A stretch of DNA of 64,000 nt, taken from NCBI GenBank assembly GCA_004022145.1, contig RCNU01000002.1; one strand, written 5' to 3'. Both the position numbers and the translations under genes were made by a program. Positions 40,301-54,788 of the stretch are shown piece by piece; the first letter of the stretch is position 1, and the number at the start of each line of letters is the position of its first letter. The notes below the pieces were generated by a model. That model was given only the letters and a program-made list of their open reading frames with translations, ran no database searches and had not been told where the DNA came from. Source of the stretch: Paecilomyces variotii (Eukaryota).

Positions 40301-43300
40301 CTGGCACACCATTATTAGCCAAACAATAATAACGGTCGTTCTTCGGTAAAGATGAAGGAAAAGTACTCCGTACTATCTATCTATTACGCAGTATCTAGGG
40401 CACAATTTTCCCCAGACAGGAAATTGTAGCCCCGACATTTCGACAGCAGGGTTTGATTGCTGATCTTCAGCAAGCCACAGGAGGTTATACCGGAATGGCC
40501 TTCATGCAGTAGTATTAGTCACAATCAGACCCTGCGCTGACAGGCTAAAGTACTCCGTACACTCCGCAGTCACTTGTTCCCTGTGCTAACTATACTAGGT
40601 TGAGAAAGGCCAACCGTCACGGGTAGATTGGATGCAGGACTGAAGATTTCTACTCGGATATTATTGTTGTCAACGAGACCGGTCACAATTCATGTTGGGC
40701 AGAACGATTGAAGCCGTTAGTGAAATCGTATGTTTTCTTTTTGCGCTTCCTGTTGGGCATCGACATGAAAAACAAATTGCGAGCACCGCATAGATATTCT
40801 GTACAGGGAAGAGATGGCGTGCCTCACTTCTTCCGGCTTTTTAACATTATTGTCTCGCATTAAGCTCGCCAAACATACCTGATGTGAGAACCTGGTGATT
40901 GAATTATATAGAGGTGAGAGTTAAGACGGCATTACGGGACTGGCAATGATACCGGCAGAGCAGATTCCCGAACCCCAGAGCTTAAATGTGAAGCCGGTAG
41001 ATCTTATTCCATGCTCTGACACGGCCCTCGTGCGATAACTGGCATGTGGAGAGCACCCGCCACCTAAAAGCAATGCAAAGTCTCGACGATTGACAATGAG
41101 AACCACACTGTCTCCATTAGGTCACGGGAAGGAAAGTGAACTGTAAAATAATAGCTCAATCTTCCGAGTGGCTGGTTTGCGATAGGGAATTATACAGTAA
41201 CGCGTCGAATTCCCCGCCATTTCAGACTGACGTGCGTGCATTGGTACAGTACATGCTCTACTGCGATACACAAGAACTGGTGGCGAAGTCGGTTACCATC
41301 ACCTAAGAATGATTACTGATGCATTATCTGAAATCGGGCTTCGCGCGCATAACTCCTCTGATTTTTTTCCGGGTCAAAAGCCGTCCATATAATAACGATC
41401 GGAGTCTCGAGTGCGATATGCGGTCTGAATGTCAATAATGAAATGCGACCCCTAGACTGTAAAGGTCAGACCCTCGTTCACAATGGTATCTCGAACAATG
41501 GACTTTTCAGTCTTCATGTGACGGAATTCGCCAAAAGGTTAGATCTGGCCTCGGATAATCGTCTGCCCTTGTTCTTCTGGAGACTTGCGACGCTTTATCG
41601 TGTCGAATCGTGCATAATATCCTAGTATCACATCATGAAGTGTTTGAGCTGTGGGTTGTTCCGGACTGGACGAGGCGAGCGAGCAATAAGGCGACATTCT
41701 CCTTTTCATCCAAAGTACTCGGTATTATTCGCATGACTCTCCGGATGAGAATAGTTAGTGTCGCGGTCCGGAATCATACAAATGACGGTAGCAACTTATA
41801 ATGTCTATAATAATATTAACCCCTGCTGTACTTCGAGGCCTAGCCAGGAATCCGGAATAGTGTGATTGATAATACGCGGGCGGGTAATATGCGCCGTACA
41901 GAAACCCCTGAGCGGTTGGAAAGTTCGAAGGACGTTAGTTAGTAGTAGGGCGGACCCCGGCCCTTCGGCCTGGGCCATGGTTCATCCTCGTGGGTTCCGT
42001 CTCTAAAGGATATGATTTTCCACACTTTTGCCGTCACTAACATGCCCCTCCTGGAGTCTTGAGCCTTTGCCTCAGCAACCGTGCCATGACGATGAGCTGA
42101 GCTTCTCTGGGGTTCTGGGGGAAGGGCACTGTTGTCTGTACTTTGCCAACTAGCTCTGCGAGTAGATAGAGCACGGATCACTCCGCAAGTCCCATCTGCA
42201 TTATCTTCATGCTAGGTCCTCGTGCGGCCCGGGGCGGGTGATGGAATAAGAAAAAAAAAAACGAATTCAGGAATAGCACAAGAAAAAGGCATGATGAAGG
42301 AGAAAAATGATTGGGCATAAAAACAGACACGGCACAAGAAAAAAAAAAAAAGTTAAAGCCAGTGACAAGGCTGCATGGGAAGCGAATGCAGGCACAGCAA
42401 TACCATACTCTCTAGAGAGAGGCCTGCGTACGGCGTAATAATAATAATAATACATGGCCCTTCGCTCCCCCAAGAGAGCACGCCTGGGCTGTTCTGCGCC
42501 GTAGATCGCATCCACGGCGACCCATCGACGGCGACCCAATATTGTATCTGTTCAAGTGGTCCCCGGCAAGGGGAGGCGCCGTCCGTCACAAGAACCATCG
42601 TGGATTCGTGCTGCTAGTTAGTTGAACCTTAGCACAATGACCCGCTGGAGAGAGGGATATCTCTAGTGCCTCCTGAGTCCTTAGCCTCTCTAGGCTGGAG
42701 GGCGGATAACATCGAACCCTGTCCCTGTTCGACGGTTTATAGCACAAGCCCCAAGGTGGACCGGCGCAGATAGGCGGAGGCTGAAGAACAACCACATCTC
42801 CATGGCGTTGACCGTGCGGGATCGGATTATGGGGCGGATACTGAGTCGCTTGCCTCGTCACCCCCATGGCAGGGGCTGGAACAGCTGGAACTCGAACCGT
42901 TCAGCGAGCCGTTTTCTTTCACGGGCCAACTGTCATTTCTGTCTTGGCTCTAGTCAGTGTTGTCGTGGAGAACTGGAAGTTTGGGAAGCGTACGGAGTGC
43001 CATAGTTAGAGTAGAGTAAAGTAGAGTAGTAGTCCGCCCCGACGTCTGGCGCTCCACGACGTCGTCGCCTTTCTCTTGACTACTTACTGTCTTTCCTCTT
43101 ATCGTTCGATCTGTATGTACATACTCATTCGTGGATCTGTCTTGCCTCTTAATTATATCGCATTTCCCGGGATCTTATCCATTGCTGCAGGTGGCAAGCG
43201 TTTCGCCGCGAGTTCGTCGAGCGTTCATTCCTCCCTTCTCAGACCCCCTTCTGGCGGTCCTTGCGTATACCCTTCGGCTCTCGAACACGTCTCTGCACAT

Positions 43301-44059
43301 ACTCCTCACCATCCTTACCGTTGAGTTTCTTGCTCAAGACGTCTTTCCTTGCTGCCGCTCGTTTGTACGCGGCGTGATTGAGGGGCAACAAACACGTTCC
43401 TTTGGCGTCCGCAATACCCTACGTCGTCGGCTCGTTACATCTAGAATCATACCGCGATCGAAACACCATCGCCTGGCGGCATATCGGATTTTTTTCCCCT
43501 AGCAATTCATCATCTACGTGATCGCTCTTTTGCAGCGCTGTTGAGATAAACAAGCTTACTAGGACTGAGACTGTCTTTTTGGACTAAAAGAGCTTCATCG
43601 TTTTGACTTGCCTCAGCACAGGCGCAAGCATAACTACGGGTGAGTAAACGGCGTCGCGCTCCAACATTCCTCATCCCCTCCACCCCTAGAGTCGGGACAT
43701 TCCCCGCTTGATCCTGTGGCCCCCTACTGCTTTCCACCACATTTCCATGGGGGGTATCTAATTGTGGAAAAACAGTGCCACTGATGCGCATGCAGGGTAG
43801 GAACATTAATCGTACGAAGCCCCATCTCCACGTTCGTTGACTCGACCTTGATTCTTCCGACCTACACCAAACTATCAGCGAGAGTCAATCGACATCAACA
43901 TTCGCGGATAATCCGTGGATGGTTGTCTTCTACAGCGTTTCCTTCTTGTCTTGGAGAATGTTTGTTTGGTTATCCCGGGCATAACACCGCGGTCAATGAC
44001 GAACTACTTCGTCTTTCATCGACGAACAGATTATTGAACATCATATACGTGAAGAGAGC

Positions 44060-47000
44060 ATGGAAGATACAGAACCTAGCGTTGCTCCATTGAATATTGC
44101 GAAAAAGGGCAAAGCTGGCCCTAGGGTTCCATATCTCTCCTTCTCGACATCCACATATCACAACAACTACGGCACCCGCCAACAACAACATTTGCAGATG
44201 ACTCCGCCCTTAACTCCCCACGACTCCATGGAGGAGTCGAGGGAGCCTGCAGGAACGGACAGAGTCGTCTTTCATAACTACTTGCGCGCGTTTTATCCAT
44301 TCCACCCTTCTGGTTCCGTTTCGCCTTCGACAGTAACCCTCCCTCTGGACCAAGGCGATATTATTTTAGTTCACTCAGTCCATGTAAACGGCTGGGCCGA
44401 CGGGACATTACTCGAAAATGGAGCACGGGGATGGTTGCCAACAAATTACTGTGAAGCCTATGATCAGCTACCCATGCGACCGCTCTTGAAAGCACTGACA
44501 GATTTCTGGGATATCATACGAGGCGGGTGCGGATCAGACTTGAAGGATTTTGGCAATCAGGACTTAATGAGAGGTCTGGTGGCTGGCGTTAGGTTCTTGC
44601 TGGTGAGTTTCCGGTTATTACTGAGGAATTGACGTGCCTTTTTGCTAACTGCAGTAGGAAAAATCCGAATGCCTTACAAGGGAATCTACCTTGGTGCAGA
44701 ACCACGACAGACTGCGCAGGAATCGCAAAATATTACTTTCTGACTTATCATCCTTGGTCAAGATCGCCAAGAAACTCCAAGATGTCGCTAATGGCGCACC
44801 TCTGAATGATGCCGTCGAGAATATCCTGGATGAAATGCTCCTCAAAGCGTTCAAAATAGTAACAAGGGGAGTTAGATTTCTAGACGTTTGGAACGAGGAA
44901 GTCGGCCTTAGCAGAGCTATGGAAGATCTAGAACAGCCTGGCGACTCGCTGTACGACTCCCCGTTGACGCCGCCGTCGGACACCTTCCCGCTAGCAGTCA
45001 AAGGCAGTTCAGTCATGGCATCTATCGCCGACAGACGAGAGTCGAGAGAGTTCAACAGGAGTCGTTTGAATGCCAGCCGGGCCTCTTCAGCGCGTACCGA
45101 CATGTACGATTTCCAACCCCGGTCGGCTTCGGTCCAGACGAAGAGAGTCTCAGTTTCCCATCGCGTCTCGTACTCTGCGCCATCAGCAGGTGCACGGAAT
45201 GGGAATCTCGCATCGGAGCGGCTTGGAGTGGCATACGATGGATTTTTGGGCGTGCTCGGATCTTTTATTGGATTGCATCTACAGTCACGTTCCTCTACAG
45301 AACTGATTCTGACCACTCAACAGTCTGTACAGTCTTGCAGGGCCCTGCTTTCCGTCGTGGAGGCTGTTTGCGAGCACGATCTTCATCGCTCAGAATTGTT
45401 AGAGGAGGCAAAGGATGCGATGTATGAGAGGATAACGGAGCTGGTACACGCAGCTCGGGATGCTTTCCGCCCAGCCAACGCTGCTGACGATGAGCTAATA
45501 TTCATGCCGGATGAAGGAAAGAGGCTTGTAGATGCTGCTACAGACTGTGTCCGGGGTGCTGGAAACTGCGTGGCAAAGGCTCGCCTTGTCCTCGAACAGA
45601 TTGGCGATTTCGAACTTGAGCCTGTTGGACAAGGGTTTGAAGTCCCTGATATGAGCACTCCACAGCCGCAACACCCCGACGAGATGGAAGTGAATACAGA
45701 CAAGCCGCATGAGCCGTCTATGCGCCTACCACCGCCGCCGCTGCAGATCCCAAGTGGAGAGCTTACTCCTACCCTCACTGATGGAACTACGCCCTCGTCA
45801 TTTTACTCGAGGTTGACAGCTACCAGTCCAGCTAATACCGATCAACGCTCTTCAGTCTACTCGACTGCATCTCCGTACCCTGGATTGGAACCCCATATTA
45901 TCTCCAGCGAGACCAGCCCTACTGATGCGCAACAAGACTACAGCTTTGAAAGCAGGGGTGTCACAAGTACTGGGAGCAACCTCACGTACAAAAGCAATGT
46001 CCGTGACTCAGAAATGAGTGGCATGTCCCAGACATCGACACGAGCAACGTCTCCCGATATCCATAGCCAGCATCGAGAACCATCGTTGAAAGGCAGCGTT
46101 AGCCATTCGACGTTGGCTGAGGAGAGTGAGGAAACAGAAGCGAACATTTTGGAGAAGACTTATGCTCATGAACTGATGTTCAAGGACGGCCAGGTCGTCG
46201 GCGGTAGTCTGCGTGCTCTGATAGAAAAGCTTACCGCTCATCAGTCAACACCTGATGCTATGTTTGTTGCGACATTCTATTTGACCTTTCGACTGTTCGC
46301 GTCTCCTCTGGAATTTGCGCAGGGACTTGCTGAACGCTATGACTACATTGGCGATACGCCACATGCAGCCGGCCCTGTCCGACTCCGAGTGTATAACGTA
46401 TTTAAAGGCTGGCTGGAGTCTCACTGGCGCCATGATTGTGACAATGTTGCCCTGGACTTCATCGTCAACTTTGCTAAGACAAAATTGATGGCCACCATTC
46501 CAACTGCAGGCAAACGACTTCTTGAACTAGCAGACAAGGTCTCTGCTGTGCACGGACCCGTCGTACCACGGCTTGTTTCTTCCATCGGAAAGACGAATAC
46601 CTCCATTGCGCAATATGTGCACCCAGACACTCCTCTTCCACCGCCGATCATCACAAAGAGTCAACTTAATATGTTACGGCAGTGGCAAAAAGGTGGTCCA
46701 AATGTCAGCATACTGGATTTCGATCCTCTGGAATTAGCCAGGCAGTTCACGATCAAGGAGTCGAGGATCTTCTGCTCTATTCTTCCTGAAGAGCTTTTGG
46801 CTACTGAATGGATGAAGAAGAGTGGCTCATTAGCGGTCAACGTACGCGCCATGTCGACTTTGTCTACCGATCTCGCCAACCTGGTGGCGGATTCGATCCT
46901 TCAGCTCGAAGAGCCCAAGAAGAGAGCCGTCATCATCAAACAGTGGGTGAAGATCGCCAGCAGATGTCTGGACCTCAATAACTACGATTCCCTTATGGCG

Positions 47001-47579
47001 ATCATATGCTCGCTTAACTCATCTACCATTTCGCGCCTGAAGCGTACGTGGGAGCTAGTCTCCCAAAAGACAAAGGCCAGCCTGGAGCATCTGCGGGGCG
47101 TTGTTGATGTCTCCCGGAATTATGCAGTTCTTCGACAGCGTTTACAGAACCACGTCCCACCATGTCTCCCATTTGTTGGGACGTATCTGACTGACTTGAC
47201 CTTTGTTGATCACGGGAACCAGCCAGTGAGAAATCTCCCAACAGAAGATGGAGCCATGGCAGTGATAAACTTCGACAAGCACATGAAGACGGCGAAGATA
47301 ATTAGTGAGCTTCAGCGGTTTCAGATCCCTTACCGCCTGACTGAAGTGCCAGAGCTTCAAACCTGGATGCAGGATCAACTCATCCGTGTCCGCTCTAACG
47401 GAGAGAAAAGCTTCCAGAGTTATTATCGCCGCTCGCTCGTTCTCGAACCAAGAGAGATGCAACGCGCTACAACGGAATCGAGCCAATCTATCCAGTTCAA
47501 GGAGAACGGGAAAGATAAATTCGACTTCCTCGCTTGGACGCATAGTTCCAAAGCAAAGGGGGTCACGACTACAAGTTAA
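44060..47579 (+). CDS. Ras-family guanine nucleotide exchange factor (SH3 + REM + CDC25 domains; Bud5/Cdc25-like)
   Basis: Exons 44060-44602 and 44658-47579. SH3 motifs LRAFYPF...GWADG...RGWLPTNY; REM motifs GGSLRALIEKL and FYLTFRLF; RasGEF motifs DPLELARQFT, LNNYDSLMAI, RLKRTW, PCLPFVGTYLTDLTFVDHGN and INFDK. Confidence 0.95.
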
Positions 47580-48977
47580 TCTTGTACACACTCTCTATAC
47601 TTTCTCGGCTTATTCTATTGTCTACTGTGAATCAATCTTGACCACAAAATGTGCTGAGAGCTGTTGGTGATCTCTCTGGACATTTACTTTTATGACTTAC
47701 GACTTGAGACTTTTTATGCGGGTTATTGCTTTTATTTTCTGGCTGATTGAATTGACGCATCATACCCCTATCGCTTTTACTTGGGATTGTTAATATTTTT
47801 GGGCGGTTGTCGATTTCTGGAATGGCCACAGCGGTTTGGGAAAATGAACATGGAGTACGGGATCGCCAAAAGCATCGGGATGCTCAACTGCATTTTGTCC
47901 TTAGACCACAACGTCTGCCATGTGGGGGCGAAAGCAAAATTCAAGAGCCTAGGCAGCTGGACGTTTCGATTTACTCTTTTTGGTTGTGTCTTGTCCCATT
48001 ACTCTCCCTGACTCTTTCGGTCTCAGAATATCCTTGGCTTTGTCTGATGGTTCATGCTTTGGTCTTTCATGGAAATCTCGCAGGAGGGACGGCTCTTCTC
48101 GGAAATTGGTATGTTAATGACTTTGGGACTTCGTTGTATGTTTTTTGCCATTTTCATGTATCGATATTATTACCCTTATTGTTATGGTCGTTGTCATCAT
48201 CCGAGAGCATGCTCTCACCCCTTGTACATAATACACACTTGCAGAATTGCAGCAACTAGAGTTGCCTTCATCATCATCGTGGAATATAGCATACTATGCC
48301 AATAAAATGAATCCACAACTCATCTTCATTACTCCCTGTTTTACTTTCAGTGTTTCGGATAAGGTGGCCACGATCTTGGCGAAATTATCCCCCTGCAACC
48401 AACTAACTAGTCAGTTCACACCTTACCAGGGTTACCCCTACCTCGAAATCTCCTTAGTTCAGGCCACCCCTCAGGCCCCTAATAGAAATAAGCATGCATT
48501 ATCCCTGCCAGGCCGTCAAGGTGAAAAAAAAAAAAAAAAACTAACTAACTAGAAGTTATGTACCTACAAAATCTCCGTGTGTCTCTGACTAGCTCCCCCT
48601 ACCATACTTTAGAGTATAGGTAGTTGATCCCCCATATCCGGACTATTTCCGAACTAAAACTTGAAATTAGATTATCGCTCTACTCAAGACGAGGAGGGCG
48701 AGGCCTGTTTCCTAGGGAGTCAAGTTACCTACCTACCTACCTAGGTATCCTAGACGTTTAGAGGATCTACAGTACGTATAACTACATACGCATCAGGGAT
48801 ACTCCTTAATCTTATCTTATTACAGTACAATAATGGAGACATACGAGAAAGGAATCATAGGTGGAATTTTCCCTGAAATTAAGATGAGGACGTATGTATT
48901 TTCTTTCATCTACTCATGCGGCCGTTAGTTGTTGAGTGTATTAATTACTTTATTATTGACTCAGTGCATAACTTTGT

Positions 48978-49017
48978 GATTGATTGATTGATGGATGGAT
49001 GGATGGATGGATGGATG
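48978..49017. repeat. Compound microsatellite (GATT)3(GATG)7
   Basis: Direct reading of the sequence. Confidence 0.9.
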
Positions 49018-49720
49018 GAAGGGTATGTTTAAGTCCACTCTGTGTTCAGCGAATTTGCGAATCAAAATCAATCCCCTACCTAGCCAAGCCCTGCGAGGCG
49101 CGCCTCGGATAAGTTGACTTAAACTCCTTCGTAGATCATTTCTTTAGACAACGGCATAAGTGAGAAAAGCCCTGTTATTGTTAGCTTTCGCGTTCTATAC
49201 CTGCAAGAAGGACGAGTGCGATTGCGAATGTGGAGTTGGGGGAAAGGAAGGGGGAGTGCTTGTTTAGTTTTTGGTAGTGGTTGGTTGGTTGGTGGTGGCT
49301 TTGATGACGGATTATGACATTTCAGATGTTGCTGTGGACACGACGACATATGTCGCATGGAACGATTGATAGCTTGAAAGCCTTGGCATCGTCTGTAGTT
49401 GTGGTGAGAGGTCAGTTCATCGCAGGGCAGCCAAACCGGGGTTATTGAATTCATCGTCATCATAAGTTCGTCGCTTTTGGGGATATCCCTTCTTCGTGTC
49501 TCAGAATTTGTATGCCGTGGAACGCGAGTCACATTCTAAAGTATGTTGAGTTATATAGTTGTTCACGGGGATCAATGCAGGTGAGTCACGCTCCAGGGTA
49601 TTGCATTGTATTGTTCTATGCATGAACTTTGATTATCACCGCCCACTTACGGCATTGCATAATCTATATCCAGAAATATCAAAATGATGTCCAAAGTAAA
49701 AATGAAAACCTGATTCGAGA

Positions 49721-52700
49721 CTAGTGCACTGTATGTCTCCAAGCTTTGAATGCATCTGCGAAGCCAAGTCCCTCTATTGAATCAATGCTGTTTTCTTTAG
49801 CCCTGAAGTTATCACTGCCAGGGTTGGTCGACCCAGGCTCATCCTCTGTTGAATTTTGCAATCCAAGATCCATTATGGGTATCATAGTCGGCCGTCCATG
49901 TGCGCATTGGAAAGGAAAAGCACACCGAGAAAGGCGGGAGACTAGATTTCTGGATTCACCAAGAGTCAGCGGGTCATTAAACATGATCGCACTCCTGCAG
50001 GCTCGAGAATTGAGAAGGTCAATTATCCCTTGAGGGCAGTCGGCGATATGGTCAACCCAGAATGATGACTTCTCATCCGCCAGCGTCTCATCCTGATCTG
50101 ACGGCGGGGAAATGGCATCCTTTTGTTGTCTCAACTGTTCAGCGGACGATGTCCTCGTAATGATCCCGGGAATATTCTTGCCGGTCTCCTCACGCTTCCA
50201 GATTTCTCCTCGTAGCATATCTATAGCTAAAGTAGATTCCATTCTGCAGCGTTCCACAATACCAGTTGGAAGTGCAGTCAGGGAGACTTTACCGCCTTTC
50301 GTCTCCGGGACTTTAGAAAGCTCATAATGGCAACCCCATGAAGTAAAGAATTCAGAGTATTTTCTGAACAGCCTGAATTCGACTGCTGATGTTTCAAATT
50401 CGATTGGTGGCAGCAGCTCCGTTGTGTGCACTTCAACATGCTGGCCAATACCGCCAGTTAGGGCCGGCGGTAGAAAAATCTCTTCGAAGAGTTTTTCAAT
50501 ACGGCACCTTTCGTCGGCTGCATGTTGATCCACTATGGCCAAAACGCTCCCCGACACCTCCAGATCAGATGCGGTTGTCATCTTGATAAGAATAAATTTG
50601 CAGTCGACCTGGGCTATAACTTCTGCCTTCTGAAGCGCAATTTTGGAAAGCTTCCCCCTGAATGGTGTAAAGCTTTCAGCCTGTGCCGAGAAAGCTGAGC
50701 AGTGATGACTTCTGTCAAGAAAGGATCTCTCCGCTTGTCGGCTCGCAACAGGATCGACTGCAGTTATCGGCCTCTCCCATCGCGACAACACTGGATTATT
50801 CCACCTTTTCATTATATCATCTAACCAACCGCTGCCCACAGTTGGAAGTGCCGACGCTGGGCGTTTGATCATCTCTGCGTTGTTGCTTCTGTCCCGCAGA
50901 AAACTGGCAGAATGCGGTCTAGAAATAATTTCCTTAGGCCGTGTCAGCTTAGTCGTGGACTGGCCTGGAGGCACAACCTGCCCGGTTCGCGAATTTATCA
51001 AAACGCGAGTCTTTGAGACCGGGTCCACCCATACATGTGTACCATCAACTGTACTAGTCTCATGATGAAGAGGAGTACTCTCGAGTAAGGGATCGTCAGC
51101 AAACTCTGACCCCAGCAAAGTAGAGGAACCATGATTTGCAATATCTTCATTAACAGAAGATATGCGGTTTTTAGAATTAGAGAGCGCAGGAGGAGCTGAC
51201 AGTTTGCCACGAGGGAGGCCGGCACAGATAGCATCAAGCGTACACTCTTTCCCGCTTTTAATCCTCGACAAGCCGCTAAAATACAAAGATGTACTTGATG
51301 AAGGTCTGTTTCTGAATTTTGGAAGTATTATTCGGTCATCCAAGGACTCTTCTGTGCTGTGGCCGAATTTGCTGCGTGTTCGATCTCTCCCGGGAGGTAA
51401 TTTATGTTTTGAGGAAGTTTTTGACCGACCAGATGTTTGTTGGGCATTGTCCTCAGTATCAAAAGATACCTGAGTCTCCTCTTTCTTTTGGCGTCCAAAC
51501 CTTGGCCGAAGACAATGCTGCTGTAAGAACTGGTGCAGCATAGCACTCAGCACGTCCAGCATATGTTGCAGGGAACTATCAGAAGTGAAAATGTCACTTT
51601 CTTCGCCAACACGCCCATCGTCATCTTGTGTATCAATTCGTATATAGAACATGGGCCACCGAGCCACGGTCTTGCTTGCCGACTTGAACCCTGGTAGAGT
51701 ATCCCTTTGGGTGCTTCTCAGTCTTATCATATCAGAAGAGCTGTTGACTGAAGATTCCATATTACCAAAGTCAGATGAGCCGAATATCCTGTTAACTTCA
51801 TTGAATAGGACGTTCGCATTGTTTCGTGGAAAGATCGGATGCTTTCCCAGTGACATGAACTGCACCTGTTTCGTTGGACTCGGTTCGAGCGAAATAGCAG
51901 CTTGGATAGATAACTCGGGAGTGCTCGCAGACACTGATGCCCAGGAGCCGCCATTCTGAGAGGTGAGGAAGCCGGCATTTCTCAGTAAGAAGGTGACCTG
52001 TCCGATATCTATCATCGGTGTGGCAGGTTCCGAAGGAAGAACCGAGGAACTCCGACCTCGGATGCTGAACTTCCTGTTTCCGACTGCATCAGAAACAGAC
52101 ACCTTGGTGGATCTGTCATTTGCGAGCATGAGAGCAGTGAGTATCCTTCTCAAGTTATCCCACTCCCTGTCAATCTCCTCTGGCTTCTGAAGAGCCAGTG
52201 CTCGGCTTTTCACACGCACAGGAATATTCCCAAACAGGTCGTGAACATTGACTCTGGTGCCATGGTCACTCAACTCCAGTTCCTGCTGTGGAGGAGCTGG
52301 TAGTAATCTAGCAACAAGCTTCCCTTGGTGGAAGATGATAGAATTCGTACTCTCATGTGGAACGTGACGAGACGTTATAGTCAGTAATGAGAGAGCCGCC
52401 AACGAGGCAAGGAACATGCCTTTATGGCCATATGTCAGTCTCTTTGACTCAAATTTCGAAGTGCCTTCGAAATTGTAAGTTAGTAATTAGTCAATGAAAA
52501 TCGAGGTGTACCATACAGTATGTTTTTCCAAGCCCCCCATCTCGCTCAAACTCCCGAGGAGGGATACCATGGCCATCATCCTCTACCACGCATCCGCCGC
52601 GCTGATAATCGACAGTGATCTTGATTGTCCCGGCATCTGCGTCAAGCGAGTTCTTGACCAGTTCTAGAATGACACCGTTCAGAGAGGTGATGGAAATGGA

Positions 52701-52763
52701 GGACTTGATCTTTGCAACTACATCTTCGGGTAAGGGCTGGATAGTCGCATCACGTTGAGACAT
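49721..52763 (-). CDS. MLH3: DNA mismatch repair / meiotic crossover protein MutL homolog 3
   Basis: Exons 52763-52517 and 52464-49721. GHKL ATPase motifs ELVKNSLDA, DDGHGI and TSK; endonuclease motif DQHAADER; ACRSAIMFND and PFQCAHGRP in the C-terminal domain. Confidence 0.92.
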
Positions 52764-53550
52764 AACACTTGTTCATCTCATCCAGTATATGATACCACGG
52801 AGTTCGGTACGGAAGACGTGAGCCCTCTTCCAAGGCTACGGGCGCTCCTTTGATATATTGGATGACTGTGACCTGGCCCGAAAGGGATCTTGTCTGACTA
52901 TGAGTCCGGTAGAATGAAGAGAAATACCTCTTTCTAGCCAAAGTCAATGAATGGCCAGCTCTTCATAATTGAGGGCAGAAAAAGGGAGTAGCAACCAAGG
53001 TTGATCTCCAGACGATGTCGTTGCTGGAAAGATTGACCCGGACTCGCCATCATATCACGTGATACCATCAACCTTGACCACTGAGGGTCGCTACAGCCAA
53101 TAGATGGACAATGTCGGTCTGCGGCTTTGTGAGTCGCCATCAAAGAAAGCTATATGGATGTGAGACCCCTTTGACCACAAGAATCCACTAGTCTACTAGC
53201 TTCGACTTCTTTGTGTAGAATTTAGGATTACGGATTTGCTGATCTCCATATTTATTCTTAGGACATGTTTCAAGTAGTTTTCAACGAACGTCAATAGAAA
53301 GTTCTTCCTATTTGTGGCACAAGCGATTCATAATGGTCATTAACAAGACAACAGAAGACAAGTAGCAGATGTTTGCAGATCGAGTAAAGAGACGTAAGTA
53401 CTAATATAGCTACAGGGTGAGATGCTCTTCAGCCAGATCACGGAGATTTTACCTCCAAACCAAAAGAGCTCCGAGATATTTCGCAGAATATTTGATCATT
53501 CATTCATACATAAGGACCAGGGGAACATTGGCCTTCCCAAGCCTTCCTAA

Positions 53551-54788
53551 TCATACCACCGCGTTCTTTACGACACGGAAGAACCAAATCGCATCGGACC
53601 AACCGCCCTTGTCACCTGGCTTCTCAATATTCACACCATGGTTGTCTTCTTCGGAAGACAAGGCATGATGATCCTCTTCAGTATGTTGCTCTTCGCCGTC
53701 ATGAGCATCCTCTCGAAAAGTCACAGACTCTTCTGCACCTGATGCCACAGGCGCGATAGTGGGCGGCCACTCCTCATCGACACCAAAAAGGGTCCATTCT
53801 ACAAAGCGGTCCAGCCAACTTCCTAGGCCAAAGCCCCGCTCGCGGGTCAGTCGCTGCAGCTCAATTTCATCAATATCGTATTCCGAATCCGTCTCTGAGG
53901 CAGATGATGACAGATACTCCTCCAAATAATCTTGGCGCATTGAAGCCATCTCGGATCGAACGTGATCATCCACGAAGTCCGGCACAAAATGTTGGGCTTC
54001 AGCCGGAGAAACAGCCTGAGAATAGTTGCATCCCACCGTCGAGTCGGTCGTTGTCATAGTAAGATCGACTCTGCTCCCCTTTTTACTCCCGCCACGCGAG
54101 CGGGACGCTCGTCTCGAAGCCGGGACTGGAGTGGCTCTGCCCGATCTTGACTTTCGTCCGATAACATCGTGTCGAGATGGTAGTACTGTCTCTTGCTCTT
54201 GCTCAACCAAACTCGTCGAGCTGTCCCGCTTGACCAACCAGCTCTGACCTTTCTCCTCACGGGTGGATGCTGCAAGCGCCAGACCCGCGCGGAGTACCCA
54301 TTCTGGATCCTGGTGAATTAAGCCACTGGTGTGTTTGTGTCGATATGATGTTGTTCTTCTCTTGTCACCGTCATGGGGATGGTGATGATGGAGTGGCTCA
54401 CTGCTATCGAGACCCTTCAAATTGGTCTCATTGAGAGGGCCACGGTTTGCACTTCTGCTCCGATTATATTGTCGTACACGCGATCCGCTCCGCGAATGCG
54501 ACAGGATGGGAGGTGTCGACGGAACTGAGGCGCTGGAGAGATATGACGTCTTTACGGCACCCTGGGGTGTATAGGTTGATCCCAGCTCCCTGCGGTCTCG
54601 GGAAAAATAATCCTCAAATTCTGGATCATCGTCGAGCGGGATGCGAGAGGTCAGGGGAGCGACAGAGATATGCTGTAAAGAGGGATAGGAACGACGCGAC
54701 CGGAACGAGCCTCCTGCAGGAGTAAGTGGCTGCGGGTACGAACATTAGCAGTTATGACATTGGAGACGACGAGTCAACCTACATCCAT
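53551..54788 (-). CDS. Conserved hypothetical protein (DUF3984-like)
   Basis: A 6-nt first exon (ATGGAT, 54788-54783) and a GTAGGT...GCAG intron precede an open frame PLTPAGGSFRSRRSYPSLQHISVAPLT...TSYLSSASVPSTPPILS. This runs into the listed ORF with EWVLRAG, REEKGQSWLVKRDSSTSL, GFGLGSWLDRFVEWTLF and GGWSDAIW. Confidence 0.78.

Noticed and set aside
49094-49107. 14-bp palindrome CGAGGCGCGCCTCG
   Set aside because: Single GC-rich instance between convergent genes with no supporting context; could be chance.
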